Shown: positions 37,764-52,191, numbered from the stretch's first letter. The stretch: DNA of 64,000 bases from Phoronis australis (GCA_002633005.1 NMRA01000174.1:465790-529789), one strand, 5' to 3'. Program-made: numbers and translations. Notes: generated by a model from the sequence alone, not told the origin.

Positions 37764-40052
37764 TTTCAGTTAATTCCGTACTCCAATAGTCTCCGATCCA
37801 CAATAGAGCTAAAAATTCCAATTAAGCATGTTAACATTCAGAAATTGTAAACATTGGCAGCATGCCAAATTCCACCTTTTGCCATCGTCAATATATTTTT
37901 ATTTTCATTACAACTCCATGAACACAAACTAAAAGAAAAAACAATAAAGCACACAAAAACAATTAGCATTCCCAATATTGCTAAAAACTGTTCCTATGTA
38001 TAAAGTTTCAAGTGAAAAACCCCAGTAGAGGATGCAGAACCCAGAATCGTGACCAGAGGAAAGATCTACAGTACAAGACAAAAGTAATCAGACAAAATAC
38101 CATTTTCCAATCATGACACCCAAGTGTCTGTAAACAGCAAAAATTACTGGTAATAACTATTTAGCCCGGCAAAATTCTAATTTCTGAATGGCTTTTTAGC
38201 CACCTTATCAATATCAAATGACGTATCAGAAATGTGCTTCATAAAAGCTTAAATGTCCAAATATGCGATAGTAATTTTTCAGCGGACACATGGTTATGGG
38301 AGACTATGTCATCGAGGATCTGTGATGGCTACTTAATTCCGACAACGTCATCGAATAAAAAATAAAATGCCGGACCCCAGTTCTAATTTAGCTGAACTCC
38401 GGATGATAAATAATAAACATGTTTACCTGGTTTTTGGCTTAGTGAAGTAGTGGTAACAATCAAAAGTATTGAATTCACAAGTCAGGGAAAGTGATGGCCA
38501 GTGATACTCAAGAGTTGATTTTGCACTAGGCCTACCTGCCTGCTGTAGACCAAGAGACTGACCCAATACTAGTTTCATCTGACAAAGTAATTTGTAGTGG
38601 TTCATAGGTTACGGGTCTCTGACCATCTATAATCTATAGAGTTTGACATTTGCCAAAACCGCGAAAAACACATGATCACGAAAACAACAATATTAGGGAC
38701 GTGACAAAAAAATTCAAATTCTTATTTAATGTTTAAAAATGGATTGATTTAAAAAAACACCAAAAACAGATGCAAACAAAAAAAAAATTAACAAAATCCG
38801 TTGAGCCGTTGACTTTTTATGAACGTTTGAAGAGCAATAATTAGCCCTTTTTTTTAGTCCACTGAATACATGGGAATGAATGCGCATTGATGTGACCCAA
38901 AATTAGTTTTTTCACAATAACTTCCTCAATACTTTCAATAACAACATGAAAATTTCAGGATATGACAATCCTAGCATTTACTTGGTGAGAGACATTTTTA
39001 AGACAACAAAAAATTCCAAATTCCAAAATGGCGGACAATATGGCCACCATTATGACTGCAAAAACGTCTTATTGTTTTANNNNNNNNNNNNNNNNNNNNN
39101 NNNNNNNNTAAAGCACGTGCAAACTCACTGCAGTTTTTAGTATCACTTAGGCTTCTTGATATGACACCCGCACGTGCGCGGTCGGGGTTTGACTTGAGTT
39201 TAAAAACAAACGAAAAAATGGAACAGTGACATATTGTCAGTTCAATGAGATGGTGTCATTGTGGAAAAAGATTTTATTTTCAACTTTTATAACCGATTTT
39301 GCGATCGTCCATTTTAGGCCGACTTGGGCCGGGTCTAAATTGCACCCTCTCTCGGTGAAATCAAAACGAGGCAACGCTGTAAAAAACGAGACGGTGCCGG
39401 ACATTGAATGCATTACAACGGAACAAAAATTGGTGTTATTTAATTCTCAGATTATGCTTCAAGTAAGATTCTATGAAATGTCCGATATTTAGGTTCCGTC
39501 CGATAATTAGGTACACTATGTGTATGACGATGTACTGATCACCAGTTACTGAGGTAGAAAATTCCACCTCGGGGCACCTGTCCACTGCCAGTTGCCGAGC
39601 ATTCCAAAAATGTCGGCCAAGAGGCATTGACCATTTGCTGGTGATTTTGATTGGTCTTTATCTGTTGTGTGTTATTCGAGTTTGATGTGTACATACTACA
39701 TGACAGTGCTCGGTAGGCCTTGAAATTACATGACCATGACAGTACTCAGTAAGCCTTGAAATTCATCAGAGGTGCCCAACTAGTAGTAGTACTACAGTCA
39801 TTTGTACCAAGCTCAAATCTGTACAAATCTGGTGTTCAAATAAACCACCAGAGATCCTTCTTTCTCTTGATAAAATGCCATTAATTTGTCACTTGCAGTT
39901 GAAACCTATTCTGGTCTTGTTGGATAGATTTTGCCAGTTAATTGGCTATAGATGTAAATTGCAAGGAGACTGACAAATCAAAAGGTCAAAACATTTTCCT
40001 TGAGTAAATGTGAATCATGCAGGTGTTTTGAAACAAGTTAATTCCATTTCAG

Positions 40053-43000
40053 GCAGCTAAGTTACTGCAGGCGCTCAAGGATTATTATTCTTCAACTAGT
40101 GACAAAGAGAATGATACGAGTAGCCAACAGAACTCTCCCTCCACCGTCATTAACGAAGACGCAAGCCTGACCTCCAAGTTAAATGAATCATCAGACTTTG
40201 AAAAGGTGAGCCTGACCTCCAAGTTAAATGAATCATCGGAGTTTGACAAGGTGAACCTTAATTTTTACACGTTTTGGTTAGCTGTGCCCAGTGTACCACT
40301 CCTTGCTATAACGTGTTGGAGGGTCAAGTTATCTTGGAAGATAATTTCTCTCTAAGTCTTGTGTTATTTACCTCAACCTCCATCTATCTTGCTTGTTCCA
40401 GTTTTGTTGCTGAATTCTTCAACCATCGTAATTTTTTTTGCCAGAATGTGTGAATAACTTTGTGTAGAATTGACCAAATAGCATGTAGGTTGGCGTAAGA
40501 TTGAAGTAGTCCTTATGAGATCACCTCTTCAAAAATTGTAAAATAATGATTTCTCTCTAGATTTCGAAAGCCTCCAGTAACATAAAGGCAAAACCGAGAA
40601 CTTTTTACAGTTTGAAAGTTTGCAAATGTTAGTGATTAATGTGAATTGTAATCCTTGCACTGTAATGCTGTCAAACTAATAATGCATATATATTGCAGGA
40701 CAATCAAAGTCCTAAAGAGAAGAAACCAACTAGAAAACCCAAAAAGGCTCGACATGGTGGCAAACTAACCTCCAAGGACAAAAAGGAGGTTGAAAATGTC
40801 CAGCATGAACCACAGGTAGAAGTCATGACTGAGCAAGCTGAGGAGAACCGCCCCCCGACCCCTGACCTTCTGGTCAAAGGTGTAAAAATGACACCGGTGC
40901 CAACGCCTGTGAAGAACGCTACCCCTGGATCCTCTTCTGGAGGAGCTCGCAAGAGGAAAAGGACAAAGACCCCCGAGACTAAGCTGGACTCGACATTTGA
41001 GATTGAGGTACGAAAATTACACGACTTGCCCGACTTGAGTCACATGGTCTGAAGCTGTACCACTGGATTGTCCATCAATTTATCACTAATACCATGTCTG
41101 CCCATTCTCCATTTCTGGGTTATTCTCACATACAGTCCTTTTCAAAGCATCCTCTTCTCTTTCTCGCATCCTGTTGCTAGATGTGCTTGTTCATAAAATG
41201 AGTGATAAATGCTAGGACTGAGAATCTGAATTTGAATTGATCAATCGGAAACCTTTCCGATTCAAGGCTCAATTCTGTATCTGCTTTGACAGACACTGTA
41301 ACCTGTAACTTATTAGTGTCTGTTCACTATGACTATGACTGGGGACTCATCAGACGGTAGTCTGAAAATGAGACTGGACCATAACACGCATGTTCTATTT
41401 CCCTAACTAACAGCAGATGACTTTGGCCTATGCTACTAGATGAAGATTTTCTTGAGGCCGAGGCACTTCACTTCATTAAAATTAGCAATACAGTCACACG
41501 GAGATTTGAAATCAATTTTGAGTCAATGTTTTTTATTGGCAATGAGTTGCCGAATCGTTGCAACACTGATACAAGACCCGGACCTTTCTAAAATGTTTGT
41601 TGTAACCAAAGTTCACTGTAGCAAAGCAGTTTTTATGACGCACAGTTGGTTTTGGACTTGAGGAATGGAATGTTATAACTGAACCAAAATTAAAAACCAG
41701 GTTAGCATGATTGTACTATAAGACACACTCTTTTTCAAAGCCTTCCTAATCATAAAAGTTATTGTGCCAGTAGAAATTGGCGAGTCTGGTTATGGCGCGG
41801 TGCACAATTCAAGAATGACATTATGTTCAAATTATTACATGCAGGGAACACTGTGGTGTTACCGTGTCTCTTGTAACTTTTTGGGTGTTTGATTCAGAAC
41901 ACTACGGAAGCAGCTGCTGTTGATTCAGCAGAAGCACAAGAGGAAATCACTGGACAGACCAAAAGGGCACGAAGGAATACGTACGAAGTGGAGAAAACCA
42001 GTCCTGGAACGAAGATGATCGTCGAGAACCTCACTCAGGAGATGGACAGTGACGCCATGAAGGCGAGTCTAATGGACGCCATTGAGAAGAAAGTGCAAGA
42101 GAAAAGTGAGTATTCTCCATGCCTGATGGACAAGTAAGAGCTTGTTTTATTTTCAATTCGTGTGGATGCAAGGATTTAAATCCAAGTTTATTTTATTTGG
42201 TAATTAATTTGTAAATTTGTCATATCATGGGTTTTACGTCTAAACAGATTTCAGTTTGATATTTACGGGAGCATGTCAAATTGAGGGTGTTGTTACATTG
42301 ATTGAAACAGCCTTTTCTGTAAATTGACATTCAAATGCTTGTTGCTGTTGTTTTACTTTATAAAAATATTATTTCAATTATTATGATGCCTACGGAAAGA
42401 GACTTTCATTCAATTTTAATAGACTGGTGCATTATACATCATATAAGTGTTTCTGTCTGCTTCATCTAGTCTGCATATTACAGAGGCAACCCTCCCCCCT
42501 CCTCAGTCTAAGACGGGGAGCTCGTCAAATATCCCAAGATTTGCCGCCTTCCTAGCTAAGCAGAAACAGGACGGGGCATCATCAGCCAAGAAACCAATCA
42601 CTCCTGGTGAGGAAGACAGGCATTTAGTGTTGTTATTTGTCTTCAGTTGGAAGGTGCATGACTGCACATTTAGAGGCATTTCAAGCAGTTACTTGAGAAA
42701 TTAATATTTGAAACAGCAGGAACTGCATGTTGAAAAAAATGCAGTATGCAGTTTGTGACTTGCTGTGCATTGCTTTCCTTTTTAAAAATAGTTCTTTAAG
42801 TCTTGCTTTATGACTTAGTTTCTCGTGTTTGTCACAAGTGGACCGTGGTTACTCATGGCTAATGACTTTCTCAAACCACTTTGAGGTTGTGATTTAGAAA
42901 TGATGTCAACGTATTTGTACATCTTTAATGCAAGTGCTGATGAAAAGGGTAATAGTCTGATATAACATGAGAGCATTTTAAGAACCAGTTTTCTCCACTG

Positions 43001-46000
43001 AATAACGGACATCAGCTAGTTCTCAAAACTGTCGCACGTTATATTGGGCTATTGCCGTTGAACACTATGGTATTCTGGTTTCTGCCAGTTCAAGTTACAT
43101 GCATAACTGTTATATTCCATAGTTAACTACGGAGAATTTCACCGTAAGTCAAAACCATGTTTGACAAACATTAGCTAGTAGGCCAGCTGTTGTTTTGTTT
43201 TTGCACTACATTGTAACCATGGTCAGAAAGCAAGGTCAGACATGGTTATCCGTGCTTTCAAAGAACCAATAAACTAGTGAAGTTCGCTTGTATGATCAAC
43301 AATCATGAATGTATTTGTACAACCTATGGAGAATCATCTAAGGGTCATAGTTTGACCATCGTCAACAATGTTTGAGTTTGGTTTACTTTGGTCAAGTGTA
43401 TGGTCAACAATGGTTGGAAAATAACACCATATTTTACTATGGTTTGGTCACGGTTAATCATGCTTCACTTTGCATGCATTTTGCAGAGGTTTGAGTAGCC
43501 TTCATAGTGTGAAGTGTAAGCGGTGACACCTGTTATATTTTGCTCAAATCAGTTGCATAATGATGAAACTTCACTACACTGTTTGATCTTCACTGATCCT
43601 TCTGGAGAGGGTGCTCCTTGCAGAGCTCATTTAAACTAACTTCCATACATCCACTGTTGCAGGAAACAAGGACTGGAGTAAGATTCACCAGCGTCAGTTT
43701 AGCAAGATGGAGTCAATCGATGTCTACCTGGCCAAGAAGAATCGACGCACGGAGGAGATGACTGCTTCAGTGAAGAAAGCGAGGCTACTGGCCGAGCAGA
43801 CACGAAAGGCTGTGGAGACAATCAAGAACCACCGTACGCCTACTCACAAGGTTTGTTGTGCTTTCGTGTAGAAGCGGCATTGTAAAAGATGCACAGATCC
43901 TCATATTTACAACAGTTTATGTTGGCATCTTGACAGCTGTATAAGATATGTCACATGCATGCATTGGAGGTAATTGTTAATTCTCTCTAATTATAATTAT
44001 ACTAATGGAACTTAGGGGTGTGGAAAGACCCACTGTTACTTGTCTTTTAATTTGAAGCCAGCAAAAATAAAGTGAAATGGCATGTGTACCGTAAAGTATC
44101 ACCTATAATGATTGCCAAACTTATCCTTTTTGCATTTTTCAAAAACTCCTACAATTGTTGTGATTGCCAACAGTTTCTCAAAAAGCTACCCGGTGGTAGT
44201 TATGGTGTACAAATTGATAAAACCTTTGTTTTCTGTTACTTAACTCTTATGGTAAAAATGGAAAAATACAATTTCACTCGTCTGCCCTAATCTGAGATTT
44301 TATCAAACACAATGGATAGAATCGTTGGTCGTTCCCTAAATGCAGTTTTTCGCTAAGTGCATTTACATCAGAGCAACACAACTCAGAGAAAGGTGAGAAG
44401 TTACAATAAAGAGTACCACCTGTCTTGATTACACTATTTTTGAAGCTTTAAACATCTTTTAAACTATAGTCTAGGTGAGCTGCAACACACTTGACTGAAC
44501 TTCTTGGTTTTTCGTGTGAAGAATTCATCCAGGGATTGGTACACATCAAATTATTCCTTGACAAATTGCTTTTTGTGAAAAATTCCATTTCTGCGTACCC
44601 AGCTCCTCTTTTTGCACAGTTGCACATGTTTTTCCAGGGAGCAAAGATTGTGCGTCCAGTGAAAGGGGGACTCACCTTCAAGTCACCCGCCCACGCTGGT
44701 GTGCCATTCGTTCCCACGGTGACATCCACTAGCAAGATGACCATCAACTTTGCTGGGACAAAGACGCCCTCATTCACCGCTGGCTCAAAACCAGTGACTG
44801 GTGAGATTTTGGATTTAAACGAAATGTCTTAGGAAAAATTGTGGGACACATTGCTACATTTGCTGAACATAGGGTTTTCACCTTTGTGCGCCATTGTTAG
44901 TTTGTTATGTTGAATCCATGTAGTGTGAGTGATCGTTGGTGTCTACTGTTTGTTTTGTAAAATCACCGTTAACAAAAGTGATTACAGTATGCACATCTGT
45001 CTTCCAGTGAACAGTTATAAAGCAAACAGCCAACAGACATTACTATATCAAGGTACAAAAAGACGTCTTTATTGTGATGTCTACCGGTATTTTGCTAATT
45101 ATAACTCTACACTGGCAGATAGACGAGATAGTTTGTACAGAACTGTCATGTGTTCAGTCAGTTTTGTCTGCTAGAATGGCTCCTGTCATATTATCATAAA
45201 ACTCCTGCTCATTAGGTTTCCGCTGGTTACACTGGGCAGTGTTCACAGTGCTCTAACTGTGACAATTTGTTTCTGATAACACTATTGAGGCAGAGTAGTA
45301 GCCACAATTCGTAATGTAAAATCATGTGCTGAATTGTTATGCTGAGGAACGTGTCACTTTATAATAATACCTATCTATATCCTGACCCCCATTCTGGTTG
45401 ATAATAGTCTGAAATCAGTCTCACTGATCATCTGTCACATGATCATTCATCGAAAACCTCTTTAGATGATTATGATCAACCAAAATCGACTGTGTAAACG
45501 ATCCACTTGTCAGTTTTGTCCGTGCCTTGCATTTCACTCGTTTTGCCTGTGCCGTGTGTCACACTCTGTTGTCTGTGTTGTGTGTTATACTCCTTTGTCT
45601 GTGTGTTCAGGGTTCAAAAGCAGCACACGCAAGTCTCCCAGACTGAGTGACAACACTAAGGAGAACCAGCCCAAGAAGTCCATGGGTGCCCCAGTCCTGT
45701 CAACAGGTCAGACTCTAAATGCCAGTATTGTTTGTAGCAATAGTGTGTTCTACCTCTTCAACAAAGAATACTTCAGTTCAAGGCAATGCTGTTATAATCT
45801 ATATGATACACACATTTAAAATTATGCTCACTATACTGCATCCTAAACTGAACAATTTTTACCATAACCTTCCAGTGACATCGTTCAACCTGAATGTGAC
45901 GCAGCCAACCCCTGCCAAGAAGCCCGTGTTTGACCTGAAGGCAAGCTTATCCAAGCCAATCACATGGAAGGTGCATAAGGGGAAGCTACAGCCGTGGGAA

Positions 46001-47303
46001 GTGAAGAAGTCATCGTACAAGGCGCATCAGCCGCAGACTAAGTAGGTCAACTCATGCGTTAGTGATGATTGCCAATGGACCTCCTGAGCTTGAGGAATTA
46101 CTAGAAAAAAATAGGCTCAAAACGACTGCCCTGCAGTAATTTAGTTTATTCTCATTTGAAGAATGGTTGAGCAGAGTCTATTGTTAATGCCCTTTTCAAA
46201 TGTCTTTAGCTGAGAGAAATGATAGTATTAAGTAAGCAAGAGTGAGCGTGTTGCATCTTCAGAACGCAGCCCTCTGGTCTGTTTCCTGAAAGTGACTGAA
46301 GAAATTTGGTCTTACGCTCCACACAACTATTTCTGGAAAATATTTTAATCTCCCTTGAGCAAAAATGCAAACCCTTTGAGAATATACACATAACTGCGAG
46401 TTACCTAGGTAATTTCTATAAATTATTTGTCATGCGCTCATAAGAACTTGGCTAAACCATTAGTCCACAAATTGTGAAATGGTAGCACAATTTGTCATGG
46501 ACCAGATCCCTTAACACTATTACATGTCGTGATTCTATTCTGTGTGCTACTCACTTTTCCAAACAAGGATAGCCTCTCGTTAGATACTGTTTACTCATAT
46601 TTCTACAGCTGTTCAGTGTGAAGCATACAACCTCATACACTTGGATTAATCTCCATGTTTGGTTCGATGGCCATTCCTTATCCTTTAATATTTTTGCTTT
46701 TAGGAAATTGTACTTTGTTGCATTCGATTTCATGCCCACTCTATGGTTCTGCATTTGCAAATGTGTTGCATACTGTTTAGGGAATAGGGAATAGTACTAT
46801 AACTTCCCAACAATCCGATTCACACAATGACGAATGTCGTCTCATCACACAAAATGAAGACATCAAATAAAGCTTGTTAATTTCTGTATTCTATGGTTGT
46901 ACTGTGGTTGGAATATATCTCGTAAGTGCTATTTTTTGGTTTTAATAATAAATTGTCTCGTTTTTAGTTTGTTTTTCATACTCTAAAGTTGGTTACAGTT
47001 GACCTGCCAAAGCAGTGCTCAATACAACTTTGATTACATCAAATGCCCTTGTTTGTCAGTCGACCAAAGTTAGCATCAAGAATGCATTGTATGAATTGCG
47101 ACGTATGATTTTTTTAGATTTCATGTCAATATGTTTTTAGTTTCAATTTGGGCAAGGTAGTGAGCTTACAAAATTATTTGGTGCAAGATTTCATGACCAT
47201 GAGTCGTGTCTTTTCCAGGGAGGACCGTGTGAAAGCTGCAAAGGCCAACAGAGCAGACAAAAAATTCAACATGGCCATGCAGAGACGGGGCATTGTTGCT
47301 TAG
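40053..47303 (+). CDS. NUSAP1: Nucleolar and spindle-associated protein 1 (NuSAP) ortholog; first coding exon not found
   Basis: Phase-consistent exons 40053-40205 (alt. end 40250), 40699-41007, 41898-42105, 42484-42606, 43663-43850, 44638-44800, 45611-45706, 45876-46041, 47219-47303. Motifs: AAKLLQALKDY (end of the SAP domain), DWSKIHQRQFSKMESIDVYLAKK and KPVFDLKASLSKPITWKVHKGKLQPW (conserved NuSAP blocks), KEN boxes (KEND, KENQ) and many S/T-P sites. Ends AMQRRGIVA*. Confidence 0.9.
40164..40253 (+). repeat. 45-bp tandem duplication spanning a NUSAP1 splice donor
   Basis: AGCCTGACCTCCAAGTTAAATGAATCATCAGACTTTGAAAAGGTG followed by AGCCTGACCTCCAAGTTAAATGAATCATCGGAGTTTGACAAGGTG. Confidence 0.9.
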
Positions 47304-49836
47304 AAGTGGAGCATCGTCGCCTGGAAACAATCCTTTTTCACCTTGGTACTGGCACTGTTGCCCAGCTGTGAATCATTATTTCCCAGTATAACAGATTCAA
47401 GTTTTCCTATAGTATTTTAGCTGTGTCAAAAGCTTTATTTTTATGCCTCATTGTAAATATGCATTGTTTATACTGAAACATCCTTTTAGACAGTTTGAGT
47501 GTAGCGAATGAAAATTAGGTGTTCAAAAATTCTACTCAGTTTGTTTATCAAAAGAGTAAGAGACTCAATGTTCAATGTAGTGCCAAGGGAAGGCAGTTGG
47601 AGACTCAATGTACTGCCATGGGAAGTGCCCTCTCGCCTGTTCAATTCCTTGGTGGTGTTAAGAGATAATGGTCCTACGTGTTTACTTAGATACATGCATT
47701 TTTTGCGGAAAGGACTACTGTTTTGATGCCACCATCTAGGGAGTTTTCATCTTGTAATCCTGTCACTGTGTGTGTCCCAATGTTTTCCGGGGTGTTGGAA
47801 CTCATTTGAGTTTTGTTTTTGTACGAATTGCAGAATTTGAATCAGCTTTGTATGTTCAGTGCATTGCAGGCTCGTTTGCCATGGACATCATCGAAGACAA
47901 TGTACTACTAGACAACATGGGCAGCTTGTTTAGTAATCTGTGAAAGTTTTTGGATGTGTGAATGTGATGTTTTGTAACTAGTTGCTAATATGTTGCGTAG
48001 CGAATACCTTATTGTTGTAGAAACATTAACTAAAGCTTTTTGGTGTATATTTTCTTATCCAGTGGCCTTGATTTGACGGGTTTTTATATATGAGAAGTAG
48101 ACTTAAACAATAGCAATAGATTGAATGTTTATTTGTAATTGAGTCTTTACCCAGATATAAATTACCAGGCACGTATTGGATGGAGGGGCTGCGTATGCCT
48201 CCTGTTCACTCCATTTTATGTTGTGTTAGGGAGGAATCTCGTTAGTCAACTGTGTTGAACCACTATGGGCGTCATCTGGCATCCGCACCTTTTAAAACAT
48301 AGTCAGTTAACAGAACGACCATACCCGTTATGATGCCTTCATTAGGTAACTTGGTCAATTTGAATAGTTAATGGGAAAAAGCTTGAAACAGTACGATGCT
48401 GTCATATTCTACCACTGTAAAGAATAGTGTGCTGCATGCTAATGTACATATGCTATCATGGTATGTGACAAAAGTAATCAGGCAAAATGTCATTTCTCCG
48501 TAATGCGCTTAATTCTGTTAACAACAAAAATAACTGCCAATGACAATTATGGTGACAAAATTTCTTGTTGCAAAATAACTTGCCACCTTTTAACTTTCCT
48601 TTAAATTCACTCACATTCTTCGTCATCAGGATAGACTTCTCTAATGGTGAATTTGGCTTCCAGCCAGATGTCATGGCAAGGAGTTGTGGGTTATTTTGTC
48701 TGAATTCTTTTGGCATGTGCTGTACATTATACCTTGGCGAATATAGCAAATTTTTGTAAGACCTGCACATTTTCTTATTTCCTCTATTCCCATTACTGGC
48801 ACTTGACTTTACAGTATCTTCAAGCTATGACATTTTTTGCTCAGCCCTCACCGAGAATTGTACACTCAAGGTCACTCAAGGTCAACATGTCTAGATTGTC
48901 ATGAAAGGAGCAACAGTTGTCTTGCTAGCTTTTCTCAAGTACTTGCAAGGGGGTGTCTGGTAGCACAAGCCACTGCGATGGGTCTCATTCACTTTTATCT
49001 TCGCCTTCCTTCATTGGAAGTTGTTTGAAACCAGCTCTTCTCTATGCAGACTTTAAAGCACCCTCATGAATTAAGAAAGTTGAACTTAACATTCTATACT
49101 GAATTCTACTTAATTTGAAGCAGTTTGATTTTATGTTAAAAAAGTATAAATTGGACACAAGTTTTGACAAAATTGATTCAATTAAAAGTTGCTTCATAAG
49201 TTTAGTACCGGTGATGTACTCTGTTACTAATAATTGGACTAAATATCAATTTTACTGTATTATCAAAACGGAACTACAGTCTGAAAAAAACACTCGATCG
49301 TTTTTGATGCTCACTGCACAACATTGAAACGACGACACGAAGGTTTAACCAGAGATGAAAGAACTTTTGTGAAATATGCAATAGTGGTCAAATTGAAAAC
49401 GAAATTCTTTTTATGTGTCAATGCCCTGTCTTTGGTGATGTGCGCCGAAATTTGCTTACGAATATGACAGATGATACCAGAGTGGTTAGATTAATTCAAA
49501 GCCAAGATCTTTGTGAACTAAAAAGTCTGGTGTTATATATTTCAAGAGCAATAGTGCTGAGAGCTGAACTTTTATTATTGTAAAGTTGTAATATAAACTA
49601 TTATGAGGCCAAGGCCTACATACAATAAACATTTCTGATTTCTTAGTATCCGAATACGTTAGAAGAGTATTTTTTAAAATTAGAATGCTCTACGTGTCAC
49701 ATTTGTTGGATTTGATGAAACTGAAGTGTACAAGTCTATATGAACTAAAACTGAATGTGACCTGTTTTCCAAAGATTCATAAAAGATACACTTCTGTTGT
49801 ACTAGTACTACTACTTTTGCATATTACGGAGTTTGG

Positions 49837-50240
49837 TACTGGGGTTTTCCGTAGATAAGCCCACCCGATGAAACGCCCATGAGCGTTTATTCGGAAAATA
49901 GTGCGAATAAACGCCAATGAGCCTTTATTTGGTGTTACAACTTCTGGTGTCAAGTGTCCGGAAAATGTCCTTTTAAAAGCCCACCCCCAGTCAACGTTTT
50001 GTTTCAAATTCAGTTTTATGGAGCATTTACATATAAAACCCAACAAGGTGTTGGCAAATTACGCATTTATTATCATACACAGTTTTAAGTTAAAAATGTC
50101 TAAGTCAGCAAAACTATGACCTTTACATGCCCTCCTTTTCCAAATAAGCGCCCGGGCGTTTATTTGGTTTTACTAAGACGCCTGCAAATTTTCATTTTCC
50201 AAATACACGCCCATTGCCTTATCTACGGGAAATCTCGGTG
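49837..50240. mobile_element. MITE with ~23-bp imperfect TIRs and internal AATAA(A/G)CGCC-type repeats
   Basis: TACTGGGGTTTTCCGTAGATAAG ... CTTATCTACGGGAAATCTCGGTG; internal GCGTTTATT/AATAAACGCC/AATAAGCGCC motifs. Confidence 0.6.
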
Positions 50241-51023
50241 GTATAAGTGTGATTTTTTAACAATATTACATTCGAGGCGCCTGTGGCTTAACTCAAACAG
50301 ATTATAAACCAAAATTGAATGATTTTCATAACTTTTATGTGCACAAACCCGGTGCTTTTCTTTTCATCCCGCCCAAATTATCACGAGGTGTTCGCATGTA
50401 AATATGGCAAAAAAAAATCTTCACACATTGCATTATCACACTTTGTCTTACGAAGAGAGCGCGTACACAAATGATCCATCGGAATAAAAGGATACTGCGG
50501 AATTGGTTAAAAAAATGAGCGGAAGGTCAAAAAATGCTTGAACCGATGATGTAAAAAGTGTCGAGGAAAGGAAAATAAGAATGTCATTTTCAATTCCATC
50601 AGTCCTGTGCAAGAAAACGTTCCGTAGAGCTAGTATCTTGTGAGAAAAGCAAGAACTCATAAGGCCTTGTAAAATTATGCGCCGACTTTTTTCGAGAGTA
50701 TACGTTTGGGAGTTTACTGTACTATCTTAGCAAAACCCTGGCTGACTTGTCGGTAAGGCTGGAGTGTCGAATTCATTCACTGTTTCTTTTCCGTAACTGA
50801 AGCTGATGTCTTGCAGTTTGCTGAACGTAGCCCAGCTCTCGTCGTTTTAAGTTCTTCTGTTCTTTCCTGAATCAAACATTCAACCTGAATACCAGATATC
50901 CCTTTGCCGAATAGTACCCACCAGTAACATTACGCTGTATTCAACGGTTTGGTAACATAAACATTACGTCTCTAAATGGCAGAACAACCGGATCTCAATA
51001 TCCAAATGGGTCTCTATAAACAC

Positions 51024-51242
51024 TTAGCACATGGGTTTTCCGGCAACCATGTTCTGAGCGCATGTGAGCGGAAGTTTCAGTCCCTGCTCTAATAAGCTAA
51101 CCAATCCGTTAAGGCAATCACAACACGCTGTGAAGGGACTGAGGATGATGAACCATATCGCGCAGAAAAACGCGATCGGGAAGGCGAAGATCAACAGGAC
51201 TAAAAACCACAGGATACTCCAACAAAATCCACAGTTAGCCAT
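51024..51242 (-). CDS. 72-aa Cys-rich hydrophobic membrane microprotein, paralog A
   Basis: Intact ORF MANCGFCWSILWFLVLLIFAFPIAFFCAIWFIILSPFTACCDCLNGLVSLLEQGLKLPLTCAQNMVAGKPMC. 58/72 aa identical to the ORF at 59986-60204, with many synonymous differences. Acceptor TTTGCAG| lies just upstream of the ATG. Confidence 0.85.
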   Translation of the reverse strand: MANCGFCWSILWFLVLLIFAFPIAFFCAIWFIILSPFTACCDCLNGLVSLLEQGLKLPLTCAQNMVAGKPMC

Positions 51243-51305
51243 ATTTCGTATTGGTTTACCTGCAAATGTAATAAATGTACAGAGTTAACGGAATTTGCCG
51301 GTAGG

Positions 51306-51595
51306 CCTGTTTGACTAGCTAAAATAAATACAAAAATCGAATTAGGCCTTTTATTCTCATAAAATTGGCCCCTAATATTCCCTACCGTGGCAGGATTCCT
51401 TCACCAACTCACGCCAATCCCAATGAACTCTGAAGCGTTTTCTTGAGTCGCTAATGGCTTCGATAGAGTTCGATCAATTCTATGTTCTTGTTGGTAACGG
51501 AAATAAAATCCTATCACGATAAGAAATGTTGAGACTGATTTTATGACAGTAAAAGGCCTAATTCGATTTCTGTTTTAACCAGCTAAGTAAACAGG
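51306..51595. mobile_element. MITE with ~60-bp imperfect TIRs, in the 5'UTR intron of paralog A
   Basis: CCTGTTT..AGCT..AAATCGAATTAGGCCTTTTATTCTCATAAAAT mirrors ATTTTATGACAGTAAAAGGCCTAATTCGATTT..AGCT..AAACAGG. Related copies at 7638 and 58875. Confidence 0.75.
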
Positions 51596-51820
51596 GTGAA
51601 ATACAGCTTTGAAGATCCTATTCACGTTCATATAATTCTATACATGCATGCCATTCGTATCGAGGATAAATCGCTGATTCACGAACAAAAAGTCATATGC
51701 AGTCCTGAATATACAATGTGGTTCCTACTTGTTAGAAATAGTGAGGTGATGTAGTTTGTCGTCAGGCATTTATGGGTTGTTGTATGATGCCTTACTGAAA
51801 TCAATTGAAGTGCCTGATTT

Positions 51821-52009
51821 GCATACATATATTACATGCATGCATACATCCCATGCATACATGTATACATACATACATGCATACATACATCATTAGATAC
51901 AAACATACATACTTACATACATACTTACATACATACATATGCTTGTGCATCCGCACACACACACACACGCACACGCACACGCACACACAAACACACACAC
52001 ACACACACA
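51821..52009. repeat. Compound (TACA)n/(CA)n microsatellite
   Basis: Read directly. Confidence 0.92.
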
Positions 52010-52191
52010 TTGTATAGTGTGTTCCAAAAATGTTCAAAAAATACTCGGTGAAATATGAACACCAGAAAATTGTTTCAGCCTACTAGGAACTAATCATCTT
52101 GAATTATAGGAATCCAAAAGTTAAGGAAACTGTCACAGTTGACTGTACACTGAAGTGTATTTTTTTCAAACTCCACAGCTAACTCTCTTAC

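Noticed and set aside
41300-41360. CTGATGAG hammerhead-ribozyme-like cores (minus strand here; plus strand at ~61840)
   Set aside because: No closing stem II followed by GAAA, and no stem I/III pairing found.
51801-52051. VC/HT-repeat ORFs
   Set aside because: Translations of the (TACA)n/(CA)n microsatellite.
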